Notes: generated by a model from the sequence alone, not told the origin. 59,601 nucleotides of DNA from Rhodobacterales bacterium (GCA_013297695.1 JAAFHX010000003.1:1-59601); one strand, 5' to 3'. Counted from the stretch's first letter, positions 1-10,567 are shown. Numbers and translations: made by a program.

Positions 1-36
1 GCGCAGCGTGGCATTGATGCCTCGGGCGTCGGTCAC
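1..36 (-). CDS. deoA: Thymidine phosphorylase, N-terminal fragment (runs off window)
   Basis: GTG at 36 overlaps the cdd stop (GTGA); reads MTDARGINATLR, resembling Rhodobacter DeoA N-termini; cdd-deoA order is typical. Only 12 codons visible. Confidence 0.5.
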   Translation of the reverse strand, partial: MTDARGINATLR

Positions 37-425
37 GTCCGGACCATATGCGCCGCCGCAAAGACCCCCGGCAAAAGGTCGGCCACCGACATCCGCAGGC
101 TGGCCCCGTCGGTGGTGCACAGCGTGACACCCACATCCTGCGCCGCGAACTCGGCGATCTTCTGGCGGCAGCCGCCGCAGGGCGGCACCGGCGCGGGGCT
201 GTCGGCGATCACCAGCACCTCGGCAATCACCGTCTCGCCCGCCGCGACCATGGCGGCAATCGCCCCCGCTTCGGCGCAGGTGCCTTCCGGATAGGCCACG
301 TTCTCGACGTTGCAGCCGGAGTAGATCGCACCCGATGCGGCGCGGATCGCGGCACCAACCTTGAACCGGGAATAAGGCGCATAGGCCCGGTCGCGGACGG
401 CGGTGGCTGCGGCAAGAAGTGTCAT
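33..425 (-). CDS. cdd: Cytidine deaminase
   Basis: AYAPYSRFKVGAA, NVEN, CAEAGAI and PCGGCRQ zinc motifs; start at ATG 425 with GGAG upstream. Confidence 0.95.
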   Translation of the reverse strand: MTLLAAATAVRDRAYAPYSRFKVGAAIRAASGAIYSGCNVENVAYPEGTCAEAGAIAAMVAAGETVIAEVLVIADSPAPVPPCGGCRQKIAEFAAQDVGVTLCTTDGASLRMSVADLLPGVFAAAHMVRT

Positions 426-492
426 GGATCGCTCCGATGCTTTCGGGCGACTTTGGGGCGATGCCGCGCGGGATGCAAGCGGCGCGCGCCGG

Positions 493-1575
493 TCAGGCAA
501 TGCCGGTACGGAACATGCCCGGCAGCGCCACCTCCAGCAGTTCCAGATCGGGCGTGACCTCGGCATAGCGCGTCGGCATCCCTGGCGGAATCACGAAGGC
601 ATCGCCGGGCGACAGCCGGGCCGGGTCTGCGTCCTGCCCCTCCAGCACCATGCCGCCCGACATGACAAAGCTGAACAGGATGTCGGCGTCATGCGTGGTC
701 CAGGGGATGGGCGTGCCGTCGGGCCGGGCGACCATCACAGCCGCCACACCGCGCGTGTTGGCGGCGATGGTAGTATCGCGCGCCTGAAAGCCGGGGATGC
801 GGAAAGGGGCCCAGTGCCCCTTTGCGCCGACATTGTGGACGAACCGCTGGCCCTGCCATTCGCGGTCGGGGCGCAGGGTTTCGGTGGGCAGGGTCATCGC
901 ATGTTCGATCTCGGTCACATGTTCGGCGGGCACGCCGATCTCGATCACCTCGATCCCGTCGCTGGCGAACAGCACCCGGTGGCGAATCTCGGGCGGCTGG
1001 ATAAAGCAATCGCCCGCCGCCAGCCGGATCGGCAGCCCCTGATCCTCGTACACCACATCGACCCAGCCCTTGACGCAGAAGATCAACTGAAAGCCGACCT
1101 TGTGGAAATGCACCATGTCGGGCACCGGGCCGCCCTGCGGGATGCGGATGTGGCTGGCGATCACGGCACCGCCAAGGCGCGAGGGGACAAGGTCGCGATA
1201 CTGCATTCCGGCGCGGCCCACGACCCAGGGGGCCTGATCGGCCAGGCGGCGCACGACAAAGGCGTGTTCGGTGGGCGGCTGGACCAGCGGCGGGTCCAGC
1301 GGTTCGACCATCACACGGGTGCCGCCGGGCGCTGTCATCTCGGCAGCCCCGCCGGCGATCAGAACCGGGTCATCGGCAAGGATGGCGATGGTGCCGGGTG
1401 CGGCATCCGACGCGTCAAGCCGCAGGCGCAGCCCGTGGCCCGAAAACACGGCCGTGCGCGGGTTGTCGGCGGGAAAGATGCGCTCCATCCGCATGCCGAG
1501 GGTCTTGGTGAAGAAGTGAATGTCTTCGGCCAATGCTCGGGTGGGCAAGTGGACCTGGGCCTTGATGTTCTGCAT
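493..1575 (-). CDS. Glyoxalase/VOC-like N-domain plus two cupin domains, function unknown
   Basis: N-terminal FFTKTLGMRME VOC-like pattern; cupin motifs HFHKVGFQLIFCVKG / GDCFIQPPEIRH and THDADILFSFVMSG / GDAFVIPPG. Confidence 0.75.
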   Translation of the reverse strand: MQNIKAQVHLPTRALAEDIHFFTKTLGMRMERIFPADNPRTAVFSGHGLRLRLDASDAAPGTIAILADDPVLIAGGAAEMTAPGGTRVMVEPLDPPLVQPPTEHAFVVRRLADQAPWVVGRAGMQYRDLVPSRLGGAVIASHIRIPQGGPVPDMVHFHKVGFQLIFCVKGWVDVVYEDQGLPIRLAAGDCFIQPPEIRHRVLFASDGIEVIEIGVPAEHVTEIEHAMTLPTETLRPDREWQGQRFVHNVGAKGHWAPFRIPGFQARDTTIAANTRGVAAVMVARPDGTPIPWTTHDADILFSFVMSGGMVLEGQDADPARLSPGDAFVIPPGMPTRYAEVTPDLELLEVALPGMFRTGIA

Positions 1576-1766
1576 GACGTTGCCTTTGCCGGGTTGCGCC
1601 ATTCTTGCCGGAACGGCTGCACTGTAAAGGCCGAACCCTGCGGCAAAGGCGGGCAGACCTGCAAACGGGGATAGGCAAGACGGCTCTGACCCGGTATCGC
1701 CAAGGCGGCGCAGTGCGCCGTGGGGCGGATGGTTCAGTCTTGAACGACAGGGCGGGGGGGGCCGGA

Positions 1767-4046
1767 ATGGACGAGGCACGCAAGGACAACTCGCGTCAGG
1801 CGGCGCTGGACTACCACGAATTCCCGAAACCCGGAAAGCTGGAGATTCGCGCGACCAAGCCGCTGGCCAACGGCCAGGACCTGAGCCGCGCCTATTCACC
1901 CGGCGTGGCCGAGGCCTGTCTGGAGATCAAGGCCGACCCGAGTGCCGCCAGCCGCTATACCGCGCGCGGGAACCTCGTGGCGGTGGTCTCGAACGGCACC
2001 GCCGTGCTGGGGCTTGGCAACATCGGGGCGCTGGCCTCGAAGCCGGTGATGGAGGGCAAGGCCGTCCTGTTCAAGAAATTCGCCAACATCGACTGTTTCG
2101 ACATCGAGTTGAACGAACCCGACCCGGTGAAGCTGGCCGAAATCGTCTGCGCGCTGGAACCCACCTTCGGCGCGATCAACCTTGAAGACATCAAGGCACC
2201 GGACTGTTTCATCGTGGAACGGCTGTGTCGCGAACGGATGCGGATTCCGGTCTTTCACGACGACCAGCACGGCACGGCGATTGTCGTCGGCGCGGCGGCA
2301 ACCAATGCGCTGCATGTGGCGGGCAAGCGGTTCGACCAGATCAAGGTCGTCTCGACCGGCGGCGGGGCGGCGGGCATCGCCTGCCTGAACATGCTGCTGA
2401 AACTGGGGGTGCGGCGCGAGAATGTCTGGCTCTGCGATCTGGCCGGGCTGGTCTATCGCGGGCGCGAGGCCGAGATGACGGCGCAGAAGGCCGATTATGC
2501 GCAAGGCGCGCACCCCGCCACGCTGGCCGACGTGATCGCCGGGGCCGACCTGTTCCTGGGCCTGTCGGGACCCGGCGTGCTGACCCCCGACATGGTGCGC
2601 AGCATGGCCCCCCGGCCCATCGTCTTTGCGCTGGCCAACCCGACGCCCGAGATCATGCCCGACGCCGTGCGCGCCGTGGCCCCCGATGCGATCATCGCCA
2701 CGGGCCGGTCGGACTATCCCAACCAGGTCAACAACGTGCTGTGCTTTCCCTTCATCTTCCGGGGCGCGCTCGACGTGGGGGCGACCGAGATCAACGATGC
2801 GATGGAACTGGCCTGCATCGAGGGCATCGCAGCCCTTGCCCGCGCCACCACCAGCGCCGAGGCGGCAGCGGCCTATCAGGGCGAGCAGATGAGCTTCGGG
2901 GCCGACTACCTGATCCCCAAGCCGTTCGATCCGCGCCTGATGGGGGTGGTGGCCAGCGCCGTCGCCCGCGCCGCGATGGAAACCGGCGTGGCGACGCGGC
3001 AGCTCGACGACCTTTCGGCCTACCGGATGCGGCTCGACGGGTCTGTATTCCGCTCGGCGCTCATCATGCGACCGGCCTTCGAGGCGGCCGCCAGCGCCCG
3101 GCGGCGCATCGTCTTTGCCGAAGGCGAGGACGAGCGCGTGCTGCGCACCGCGCAGTCGATGATCGAGGGGGGCGGCGAGGCGCCGATCCTGATCGGACGC
3201 CCGGATGTGGTGGAAAGCCGCTGCGAGCGGGCCGGGCTGCCGATCCGCCCCGGGCGCGACTTCCAGCTTGTGAACCCCGAGAACGACCCGCGCTATCGCG
3301 ACTACTGGGGCACCTATCTGGACCTGATGGCCCGGCGCGGCGTGACGCCCGACATCGCCCGGGCGGTGATGCGCACCAACACCACCGCGATTGCCGCCAT
3401 CATGGTGCACCGGGGCGAGGCCCACAGCATGATCTGCGGCACCTTCGGGCAGTATCTGTGGCACCTTGGCTATGTCCGGCAGGTGCTGGCGCGGGGCGGG
3501 CTGTCACCGGTCGGCGCGCTGAGCCTGATGCTGCTGGAAGACGGGCCGTTGTTCATCGCCGATACCCATGTGCACCCCGAACCCTTGCCCGAACAGATCA
3601 TGCAGACAGCCATCGGCGCGGCCCGTCACCTGCGCCGATTCGGGCTGGTTCCAAAGGTCGCGCTGTGTACCATGTCGCAGTTCGGCAATCTGGACTCGTC
3701 CGGGGGCAACCGGATGCGGGCGGCGCTGGAACTGCTGGACGCCCGCGAACCTGATTTCGCCTATGAAGGCGAGATGAACATCGACACCGCGCTGGACGAG
3801 GCGCTGCGCGAACGAATATTTCCCCATGCACGGTTCAAGGGTGCGGCGAATGTGCTGGTCTTTGCGCATGCGGATGCCGCCTCGGGGGTGCGCAACATCC
3901 TCAAGATGAAGGCCGGCGGGCTGGAGGTGGGACCGATCCTGATGGGCATGGGCAACCGGGCGCATGTGGTCACCCCGTCGATCACCGCACGCGGCCTTCT
4001 GAACATCGCCGCCCTGGCCGGAACGCCGGTCGCGAGTTACAGTTGA
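1767..4046 (+). CDS. maeB: NADP-dependent malic enzyme with C-terminal PTA-like domain
   Basis: [60 protein letters not shown]; PTA domain RIVFAEGED. Confidence 0.95.
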   Translation: MDEARKDNSRQAALDYHEFPKPGKLEIRATKPLANGQDLSRAYSPGVAEACLEIKADPSAASRYTARGNLVAVVSNGTAVLGLGNIGALASKPVMEGKAVLFKKFANIDCFDIELNEPDPVKLAEIVCALEPTFGAINLEDIKAPDCFIVERLCRERMRIPVFHDDQHGTAIVVGAAATNALHVAGKRFDQIKVVSTGGGAAGIACLNMLLKLGVRRENVWLCDLAGLVYRGREAEMTAQKADYAQGAHPATLADVIAGADLFLGLSGPGVLTPDMVRSMAPRPIVFALANPTPEIMPDAVRAVAPDAIIATGRSDYPNQVNNVLCFPFIFRGALDVGATEINDAMELACIEGIAALARATTSAEAAAAYQGEQMSFGADYLIPKPFDPRLMGVVASAVARAAMETGVATRQLDDLSAYRMRLDGSVFRSALIMRPAFEAAASARRRIVFAEGEDERVLRTAQSMIEGGGEAPILIGRPDVVESRCERAGLPIRPGRDFQLVNPENDPRYRDYWGTYLDLMARRGVTPDIARAVMRTNTTAIAAIMVHRGEAHSMICGTFGQYLWHLGYVRQVLARGGLSPVGALSLMLLEDGPLFIADTHVHPEPLPEQIMQTAIGAARHLRRFGLVPKVALCTMSQFGNLDSSGGNRMRAALELLDAREPDFAYEGEMNIDTALDEALRERIFPHARFKGAANVLVFAHADAASGVRNILKMKAGGLEVGPILMGMGNRAHVVTPSITARGLLNIAALAGTPVASYS

Positions 4047-4187
4047 CGCCCCGGACAGACCGGATTGCGCCGCCTTCAATAAGATTTGAGTTTGCCCTTT
4101 GCGTCCTGTGGGGTAGTGTCAACGTCCGAATGCAACCCGGGCGTGTCAGGCCCCTGGATCATGACGCCACAGGTTTTAGGACGGAAC

Positions 4188-4553
4188 ATGGCCGCACCAG
4201 CCGAAGCGTCGTCCGACGAGATCGACGAGAAGCGCCTTGAACAGATGCTGGCCCTGGTTGGTCCGGCGTCGGAGACGCGGCTGCTGCGGTCCCTGATCGG
4301 CGATCTGCGGGCTGCGCTGGTCGCCCTGACGGTGGCAACGGACAGGCATGATGTGCAATCGCTGTGCAACCAGACCCATGTTCTTGCCTCGCTTGCCGGA
4401 ACCTTCGGGGCAAGGTCGCTCAACGCGGCCGCACGCGATCTGGAAATCCGCAGCCGATCCGGAACGGCATTGCCGGACTGCAGCGGCGTCATCCTTCGGG
4501 CCGAGCGTCTGATTTCCCATCTGACGGTCCGGTTGCGCAGAAAGCCGCAATGA
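4188..4553 (+). CDS. Stand-alone Hpt (histidine phosphotransfer) protein, LuxU-like
   Basis: Helical ~120 aa with QTHVLASLAGTFGARSL (HxLxxxAxxxGA Hpt motif); stop overlaps next ATG (ATGA). Alternative start at 4161. Confidence 0.75.
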   Translation: MAAPAEASSDEIDEKRLEQMLALVGPASETRLLRSLIGDLRAALVALTVATDRHDVQSLCNQTHVLASLAGTFGARSLNAAARDLEIRSRSGTALPDCSGVILRAERLISHLTVRLRRKPQ

Positions 4554-5947
4554 ACGAGCGCGCGCTGGCCCCTCCGGTCCTGCTGGTCGAGGATACGCCG
4601 TCCTTGCAGATGGTCTATCGGTCAGTCCTGATGCGGGCGGGGCACCGGGTGCAGGCAACCGGCACGGCATCCGAAGCCCTGACGGTGTTTCGCGAGGCAA
4701 AGCCGGGGGTGGTGCTGCTTGACCTGATGCTGCCGGACCGCAACGGACTGGACCTGATGCAGGACATGGTCCGGCTGCGTCCCGAGGTGCGGGTGATCGT
4801 CATCACCGCGAACGGGTCGATCAATCAGGCCGTCGATGCGATGCGCGCAGGGGCATTCGATTTTCTGGTCAAGCCGTTCGAAGAAACGCGGCTGCTGAGC
4901 GCGGTCGAGAATGCCGGGGCAAGAACAGGCCGGTCGGTGCCCAGGCCAGCGCAGCCGCCGCCCGGTGCCGGGCTGTTTCTGGGGTCGTCGGATGCAATGG
5001 CCCGGGTCTATACCAAGATCAGGTCGGTCGCCCAGTCGATGGCAACCGTCTTCATCACCGGGGAAAGCGGCACGGGAAAGGAACTTTGCGCCCAGGCGGT
5101 GCATGACGGATCAGCCCGCGCCAGCGGCCCGTTCATCGCGCTGAACTGCGGCGCGATCCCCACCGACCTGCTGGAATCCGAGGTGTTCGGGCACATGAAG
5201 GGGTCCTTCACCGGCGCGATTTCCGACAAGCCGGGGGCGGCGGCGGCGGCCGACGGGGGCACGCTGTTTCTGGACGAAGTCTGCGAGATGGATATCGGGT
5301 TGCAGACCAAGCTCTTGCGGTTCCTGCAGACCTCGACCGTGCAGCCGGTGGGGGCGACCAAGCCGCGCAAGGTGAACGTGCGCATCGTCTGCGCCACCAA
5401 CCGCGACCCGCTGGAGGCCGTGCGCCGGGGCCAGTTCCGCGAAGACCTGTATTACCGGCTTTATGTCGTGCCGATCCACATGCCGCCGCTGCGCGACCGG
5501 GGCGCGGATGTGATCGAGATCGCCGAAGCGGCGCTGGAGCGATTTGCGGATGAAGAGGGGCGCCACTTCGACGGTTTTGACGATGAGGTGAAGGCCCTGT
5601 TCCTGCGCCTGCCCTGGCCCGGGAACGTGCGCCAGTTGCTGAACGTCATTCGCAACGTGGTGGTGCTGAACACCGGCGGACGGGTTACACCCGCCATGCT
5701 GCCGCTGGAACTGGTGCAGGAATTCGAAGCCGCCCGAGCCACCGGCCCCGCCGCAGCGGCAAGCACCTTGGTTGAACCCACGCTCGAAGGGCTGGTCGGA
5801 CGACCGCTTGCGGAAATCGAGCGGATGGTCGTCGAGGCGACCATCGCGCGGTTCGGCGGGTCTGTTCCGAAGGCCGCACGGGTTCTGGATGTTTCGCCCT
5901 CGACGCTTTACCGCAAGATCGAAGGCTGGACGGGCGGGCGAAAATAG
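4550..5947 (+). CDS. Sigma-54-dependent response regulator, LuxO-like (REC-AAA+-Fis HTH)
   Basis: REC (VEDT, LLDLMLPD, FLVKPF), Walker A GESGTGKE, GSFTGA loop, FLDEVCEM, WPGNVRQL, HTH LDVSPSTLYRK. Confidence 0.9.
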   Translation: MNERALAPPVLLVEDTPSLQMVYRSVLMRAGHRVQATGTASEALTVFREAKPGVVLLDLMLPDRNGLDLMQDMVRLRPEVRVIVITANGSINQAVDAMRAGAFDFLVKPFEETRLLSAVENAGARTGRSVPRPAQPPPGAGLFLGSSDAMARVYTKIRSVAQSMATVFITGESGTGKELCAQAVHDGSARASGPFIALNCGAIPTDLLESEVFGHMKGSFTGAISDKPGAAAAADGGTLFLDEVCEMDIGLQTKLLRFLQTSTVQPVGATKPRKVNVRIVCATNRDPLEAVRRGQFREDLYYRLYVVPIHMPPLRDRGADVIEIAEAALERFADEEGRHFDGFDDEVKALFLRLPWPGNVRQLLNVIRNVVVLNTGGRVTPAMLPLELVQEFEAARATGPAAAASTLVEPTLEGLVGRPLAEIERMVVEATIARFGGSVPKAARVLDVSPSTLYRKIEGWTGGRK

Positions 5948-6260
5948 GCGGCAGGATCGACAGTCGGCCTATCCTGTTCAGACGCCTGTCGCCTTGGCAA
6001 ACCCCAAGAGCCATGGTTTTGCGGCGGGCCTCATCCGGATGATACGGACGGTGTCGCCGCCACAACAGGCGATGCCGGGGGACCAATGCGGTCGCCCGCA
6101 TTGTCCGCGTGACGAACCACAGGCGGCTTGGACACGCAACAGAAGAACCGCGCGCCGCGCGGACGGCATCCGGAATGGCCGGTTGCACGTCTGCCGACCA
6201 AAGGCCGACCGGCCCGCATGCTATCTCGGGACCGCGCCCTGCGCCCTTGCGCCCGGGTGA

Positions 6261-7025
6261 TCAGACAAACTGCTCGCGGATCAGCCGTTCGTCCAGACCG
6301 TGGCCCGGATCGAAGAGGATGCGGTGGCGGATGCGGGGTTCCGACCGGATTTCGACCGAGGCGACATCCCGGACGGAACGGCCATCGGCATCGGCCATGA
6401 CGGGGCGCTTTTCCGCCTCCAGCACGTCGAAACGCACCGTCGCGGTCTTTGGCAGCAGGGCCCCGCGCCAGCGGCGGGGACGGAACGCGGCCATGGCGGT
6501 CAACGCAAGCACGTCCGACCCGATGGGCAGGATCGGCCCATGGGCCGAATAGTTGTAGGCGGTCGACCCGGCAGGGGTGCACAGAAGGGCTCCGTCACAG
6601 ACCAGTTCCGGCAGCCGCACCTTGCCGTCCACCGAAATGCACAGCTTGGCCGCCTGCGGGCCTGCCCGCAGAAGCGAGACCTCGTTGATCGCAAGCGCGC
6701 GATGGGTTGCGCCATCCCGGGTCAAGGCCGCCATCGACAAAGGGTTGATGACTTCTTCGGCAGCATCGTCCAGCCGTGCGGGCAGGCCATCGATGGAAAA
6801 CACGTTCATCAGAAAACCGATGGTGCCGCAGTTCATGCCATAGACAGGCACATCCAGCGCCTGGGTCTCGTGCAGCGTCTGCAGCATGAACCCGTCACCG
6901 CCCAGAGCCACGATGACCCCCGCGCCCTCGCGGTCGGTCTGGCCGTAGGCCGCCGTCAGGCGCGACAGGGCGGCCTGCGCCTCGGGGGCCGGGCTGGCGG
7001 TAAAGTGGACGGGACGCTGCGCCAT
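6261..7025 (-). CDS. ppnK: NAD kinase
   Basis: [31 protein letters not shown] motifs; divergent from glyA. Confidence 0.93.
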   Translation of the reverse strand: MAQRPVHFTASPAPEAQAALSRLTAAYGQTDREGAGVIVALGGDGFMLQTLHETQALDVPVYGMNCGTIGFLMNVFSIDGLPARLDDAAEEVINPLSMAALTRDGATHRALAINEVSLLRAGPQAAKLCISVDGKVRLPELVCDGALLCTPAGSTAYNYSAHGPILPIGSDVLALTAMAAFRPRRWRGALLPKTATVRFDVLEAEKRPVMADADGRSVRDVASVEIRSEPRIRHRILFDPGHGLDERLIREQFV

Positions 7026-7218
7026 GATCGACCTTCCCAGCCCGAAACGGGCGAGGCACCAGTCTTGGCCGTCCGGCCACGCAAACTCAACCCCTGCGCG
7101 GCGGGGCGCGGCCATCGACCACTTCGCGGGCTGCTTTCGGCATGTCGCAATCCGGGCTTTGTCCCGGCCGCGCTTTGCCCTAGGTTTGCGCTGTCCCAGA
7201 TTCCACAAGGAGCCGCCC

Positions 7219-8514
7219 ATGAACGCCCCGCACCGCGACGCCGGTTTCTTTACCGAAAGCCTTGCGTCCCGCGACCCCGCCTTGTTTGCGGCGATGACTG
7301 ACGAGCTGGGCCGCCAGCGCGACGAGATCGAGCTGATCGCCTCGGAAAACATCGTGAGCCGCGCCGTGATGGAGGCGCAGGGCGGCGTGATGACGAACAA
7401 ATACGCCGAAGGCTATCCGGGCAAGCGGTATTATGGCGGGTGCCAGTTTGTCGATGTGGCCGAGAACCTGGCCATCGAACGGGCCTGCGCCCTGTTCGGC
7501 GTGGCCTATGCCAACGTCCAGCCGAATTCGGGAAGTCAGGCGAACCAGGGGGTCTTTCAGGCGCTCATCAAGCCCGGCGATACGATTCTGGGCATGAGCC
7601 TTGATGCCGGCGGCCACCTGACCCATGGGGCTGCCCCAAACCAGTCGGGCAAATGGTTCAAGGCCGTGCAGTACGGCGTGCGGCAGGATACGCTGCTGCC
7701 CGACTATGACCAGATCGAGGCGCTGGCGCTGGAACACAAGCCCGCCATGCTGATCGCCGGGGGTTCGGCCATTCCGCGCATCCTGGACTTTGCCCGCATG
7801 CGGTCGATTGCCGACATGGTTGGTGCCTATCTGCTCGTCGACATGGCGCATTTCGCAGGGCTCGTGGCGGCGGGACTGTATCCCAGCCCCTTCCCGCATG
7901 CGCATGTGGCGACCACGACCACCCACAAGACCCTGCGCGGCCCGCGCGGCGGCATGATCCTGACGAATGACGAGACGATTGCAAAGAAAGTGAACTCGGC
8001 GATCTTCCCGGGCATCCAGGGGGGGCCGCTGATGCATGTGATCGCCGCCAAGGCGGTGGCTTTCGGCGAGGCTCTGCGGCCCGACTTCAAGGTGTATCAG
8101 CAGCAGGTGATCCGCAACGCACAGGCCCTTGCGGACCAGTTGATGAAGGGCGGCCTTGATACCGTCACCGGCGGCACGGACACGCATCTGATGCTGGTGG
8201 ACCTGCGTCCAAAGGGCGTGAAGGGCAATGCGACCGAAAAGGCCCTGGGGCGCGCGCATATCACCTGCAACAAGAACGGGATTCCGTTCGATACAGAAAA
8301 ACCGACGATCACCAGCGGCGTGCGTCTGGGAACCCCCGCCGGTACGACGCGCGGATTCGGCGAAGGGGAGTTCCGCCAGATCGGCGACTGGATCGTGCAG
8401 GTCGTCGACGGGCTGGGCGCGCATGGCGAGACCGGAAATGCCGAGGTCGAAGCACGGGTCAAGGCCGAGGTTTCGGCGCTTTGCGCGCGCTTTCCGATCT
8501 ATCCGGGGCTGTAG
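7219..8514 (+). CDS. glyA: Serine hydroxymethyltransferase
   Basis: [39 protein letters not shown]-lysine motif; RBS AAGGAG before ATG 7219. Confidence 0.98.
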   Translation: MNAPHRDAGFFTESLASRDPALFAAMTDELGRQRDEIELIASENIVSRAVMEAQGGVMTNKYAEGYPGKRYYGGCQFVDVAENLAIERACALFGVAYANVQPNSGSQANQGVFQALIKPGDTILGMSLDAGGHLTHGAAPNQSGKWFKAVQYGVRQDTLLPDYDQIEALALEHKPAMLIAGGSAIPRILDFARMRSIADMVGAYLLVDMAHFAGLVAAGLYPSPFPHAHVATTTTHKTLRGPRGGMILTNDETIAKKVNSAIFPGIQGGPLMHVIAAKAVAFGEALRPDFKVYQQQVIRNAQALADQLMKGGLDTVTGGTDTHLMLVDLRPKGVKGNATEKALGRAHITCNKNGIPFDTEKPTITSGVRLGTPAGTTRGFGEGEFRQIGDWIVQVVDGLGAHGETGNAEVEARVKAEVSALCARFPIYPGL

Positions 8515-8533
8515 TGACCCGGCGCGCGCCCGA

Positions 8534-8595
8534 ACGAATTTTCTGCGAAAATTCGGAACCGGGCGCGCGGATCAGAATTTTCGCAGAAAATTCGT
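8534..8595. repeat. Perfect 21-bp inverted repeat built from self-palindromic units
   Basis: ACGAATTTTCTGCGAAAATTC (8534-8554) is the reverse complement of 8575-8595; each unit is GAATTTTC-N3-GAAAATTC. Confidence 0.9.
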
Positions 8596-8605
8596 GGGCG
8601 GCCTG

Positions 8606-8977
8606 TTACAGAAAGCCGCGCCAGTGCAGGACCGCAAGCACCAGCAGCGCCAAGGCAAGCAGTCGGAAAGCGATCAACTCTGCGACGCCCATGATCGCGG
8701 CCCGGCGACGGGCCCCGGCATCCAGCGCCTGCAGATGGCGCAGGCAGATCTGGTAGGCCCGGTTCACGCGGTCCTCATCGATCTGGCGCAGCAACCGTGG
8801 ATGGCCGACCTGGCGAGCGGCCTCGGACAGAAGCGTTGCTTCGGTGCGGATTGCGCGCGGCAGCGACCGACCGCCGCGCCGCAGCTTGTCGGCCAGAGAG
8901 GCACCACGGATGCGCAGGCGCTGTTCCATCAGCCCGGCAATGCGGTCTGCCATTTGAGTGATCGAAACCGCCGCCAT
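8606..8977 (-). CDS. Hypothetical protein with C-terminal transmembrane helix
   Basis: 123-aa ORF, basic N-part, hydrophobic C-terminus LLALALLVLAVLHWRGFL; fills the gap between glyA and the esterase gene. Confidence 0.7.
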   Translation of the reverse strand: MAAVSITQMADRIAGLMEQRLRIRGASLADKLRRGGRSLPRAIRTEATLLSEAARQVGHPRLLRQIDEDRVNRAYQICLRHLQALDAGARRRAAIMGVAELIAFRLLALALLVLAVLHWRGFL

Positions 8978-9070
8978 GTTGCCCCCCCCCTGCCGGGCAA
9001 AGGCTAGTGCGTGCGGACGGTGGCTTCAACACCTCTGGCGGCGGAACCGGACGGGCGCTAGCATCCGCGC

Positions 9071-9838
9071 ATGTTGTCCGTTGACCTGCATCCCGCCCAA
9101 ACCCCGGGCACGGCCCCGCCTCTTCTGATTGCGCACGGGCTGTTCGGCTCGGCGCGCAATTGGGGCGTCATTGCCCGACGGCTCGCCGATGTGCGCGACG
9201 TGATCGCGGTGGACATGCGCAACCATGGCGGATCGCCGTGGTATCCGACGCATGGCTACCCCGAGATGGCGGCGGACCTGGCCGAGGTGATTGCGGCCTA
9301 TGGCGGGCGGGCCGACGTGCTGGGCCATTCGATGGGCGGCAAGGCCGCAATGCTGCTTGCGCTGATCCGGCCCGACTGCGTGTCGCGGCTGATCGTGGCC
9401 GACATTGCGCCGGTCGCCTATGGGCATGACAACACGCAACATGTGCGGGCGATGCGGGCGCTGCCGCTGAAGGGGCTGGCCAGCCGGGGCGAGGCGGACC
9501 GGCGGCTGGCCGAACATATCCCCGAGGAAAGCCTGCGCGCCTTCTTCCTGCAGTCGCTGGACCTGAAATCCGTGCCGCCGCGCTGGCGGCTGAACCTTGA
9601 CGTGCTGGAAGCCGAAATGCCGAAAATCGTCGGCTGGCTCGAAGTGTCGGGCCGATTTTCAGGGCGTACGCTTTTCGTCACGGGCGCGGATTCGGTCTAT
9701 GTCCGGCCCGAGAACCGGGCCGGCATCCTGTCGCTTTTTCCCGCCGCGCGCTTTGTCCGGATTGCCGGTGCGGGCCATTGGCTGCATGCCGAAAAGCCGC
9801 GCGAATTCGAAGAAACGGTCCGGGTGTTCCTGACCTAG
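9071..9838 (+). CDS. Alpha/beta hydrolase, YbfF-like esterase
   Basis: HGLFGSARNW, DMRNHG, GHSMGGK nucleophile elbow, AGHWLHAEKP. Confidence 0.9.
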   Translation: MLSVDLHPAQTPGTAPPLLIAHGLFGSARNWGVIARRLADVRDVIAVDMRNHGGSPWYPTHGYPEMAADLAEVIAAYGGRADVLGHSMGGKAAMLLALIRPDCVSRLIVADIAPVAYGHDNTQHVRAMRALPLKGLASRGEADRRLAEHIPEESLRAFFLQSLDLKSVPPRWRLNLDVLEAEMPKIVGWLEVSGRFSGRTLFVTGADSVYVRPENRAGILSLFPAARFVRIAGAGHWLHAEKPREFEETVRVFLT

Positions 9839-10326
9839 GCCCCGGGCCGCATCATCCGCAACAGCAGGTGATCCTTGCGGATGAGTTGGTGGTACAGCGC
9901 AGCCACAACATGCAGGCCGACGACGGCCAGCAGGAGATTTGTCATGACCTCATGCGCCTCACCCGCAGCGCCAATGCCGCCGAACCACGCGACAAGGCCG
10001 CTGACCGGAAGAAGCAGCATCAGCGCATAGAGGGCAAGATGCCCGGCGGCAGCGCCCATGTGCAGCAAGGGTGGCGTGCCCGCAGGGCTGTCGGGCGCGC
10101 CGCGACCCAGACGCAGCGACACGCGCCACAGCACCAGCAGCAGGATGGCGATGCCACCGGCGATATGGCCCCAGACCAGCAGGCTGAACCCCGGAACCCC
10201 GCCTTGCTCGATCTGGCGGAAAGCATCGCCGATCGGTTCGTTGAACAGGAATTGCAGCGCGATCAGCACGGCGATCAACCAGTGCAATCCGATCTGCATC
10301 GACGAATAGCCTTTGGGTGCGGGCAT
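9835..10326 (-). CDS. Cytochrome b561 family protein
   Basis: YSSMQIGLHWLIA, WGHIAGG, AHEVM, GLHVVAALYHQ heme-ligand His pattern; four TM helices; RBS AGGAGG. Confidence 0.9.
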   Translation of the reverse strand: MPAPKGYSSMQIGLHWLIAVLIALQFLFNEPIGDAFRQIEQGGVPGFSLLVWGHIAGGIAILLLVLWRVSLRLGRGAPDSPAGTPPLLHMGAAAGHLALYALMLLLPVSGLVAWFGGIGAAGEAHEVMTNLLLAVVGLHVVAALYHQLIRKDHLLLRMMRPGA

Positions 10327-10390
10327 GTAACCTCCTGTTGCCTGGCTTTCGCGCCTTGAACTGACGCCAACGAGCCTTGTGATCCTGCCA

Positions 10391-10567
10391 TCAGGAAAGC
10401 TGTTTGGCCACCATCCACGAAACCGGTACGGCAAGAAGAAATCCAGCCGCTGCCGCGATCACAAGCGGCTGAAGCGTGTCGTAGCCGGTTGTCAGGGCAA
10501 TCACCACTCCGATGCCCATGAGCGTCGTTGCGATCATCGAAAACAGGGTCATCATCAGACGGAACAT
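10391..10567 (-). CDS. 58-aa two-TM small membrane protein (absent from ORF track)
   Basis: MFRLMMTLFSMIATTLMGIGVVIALTTGYDTLQPLVIAAAAGFLLAVPVSWMVAKQLS; GGAGG RBS; FNR box upstream. Confidence 0.8.
   Translation of the reverse strand: MFRLMMTLFSMIATTLMGIGVVIALTTGYDTLQPLVIAAAAGFLLAVPVSWMVAKQLS

Noticed and set aside
5978-6169. 63-aa Cys-containing ORF in the gap after the LuxO-like gene
   Set aside because: No clear RBS, atypical codon usage and no recognisable motif.
7026-7218. Possible ZTP or glycine riboswitch before glyA
   Set aside because: No recognisable aptamer consensus; the region is a short divergent promoter.
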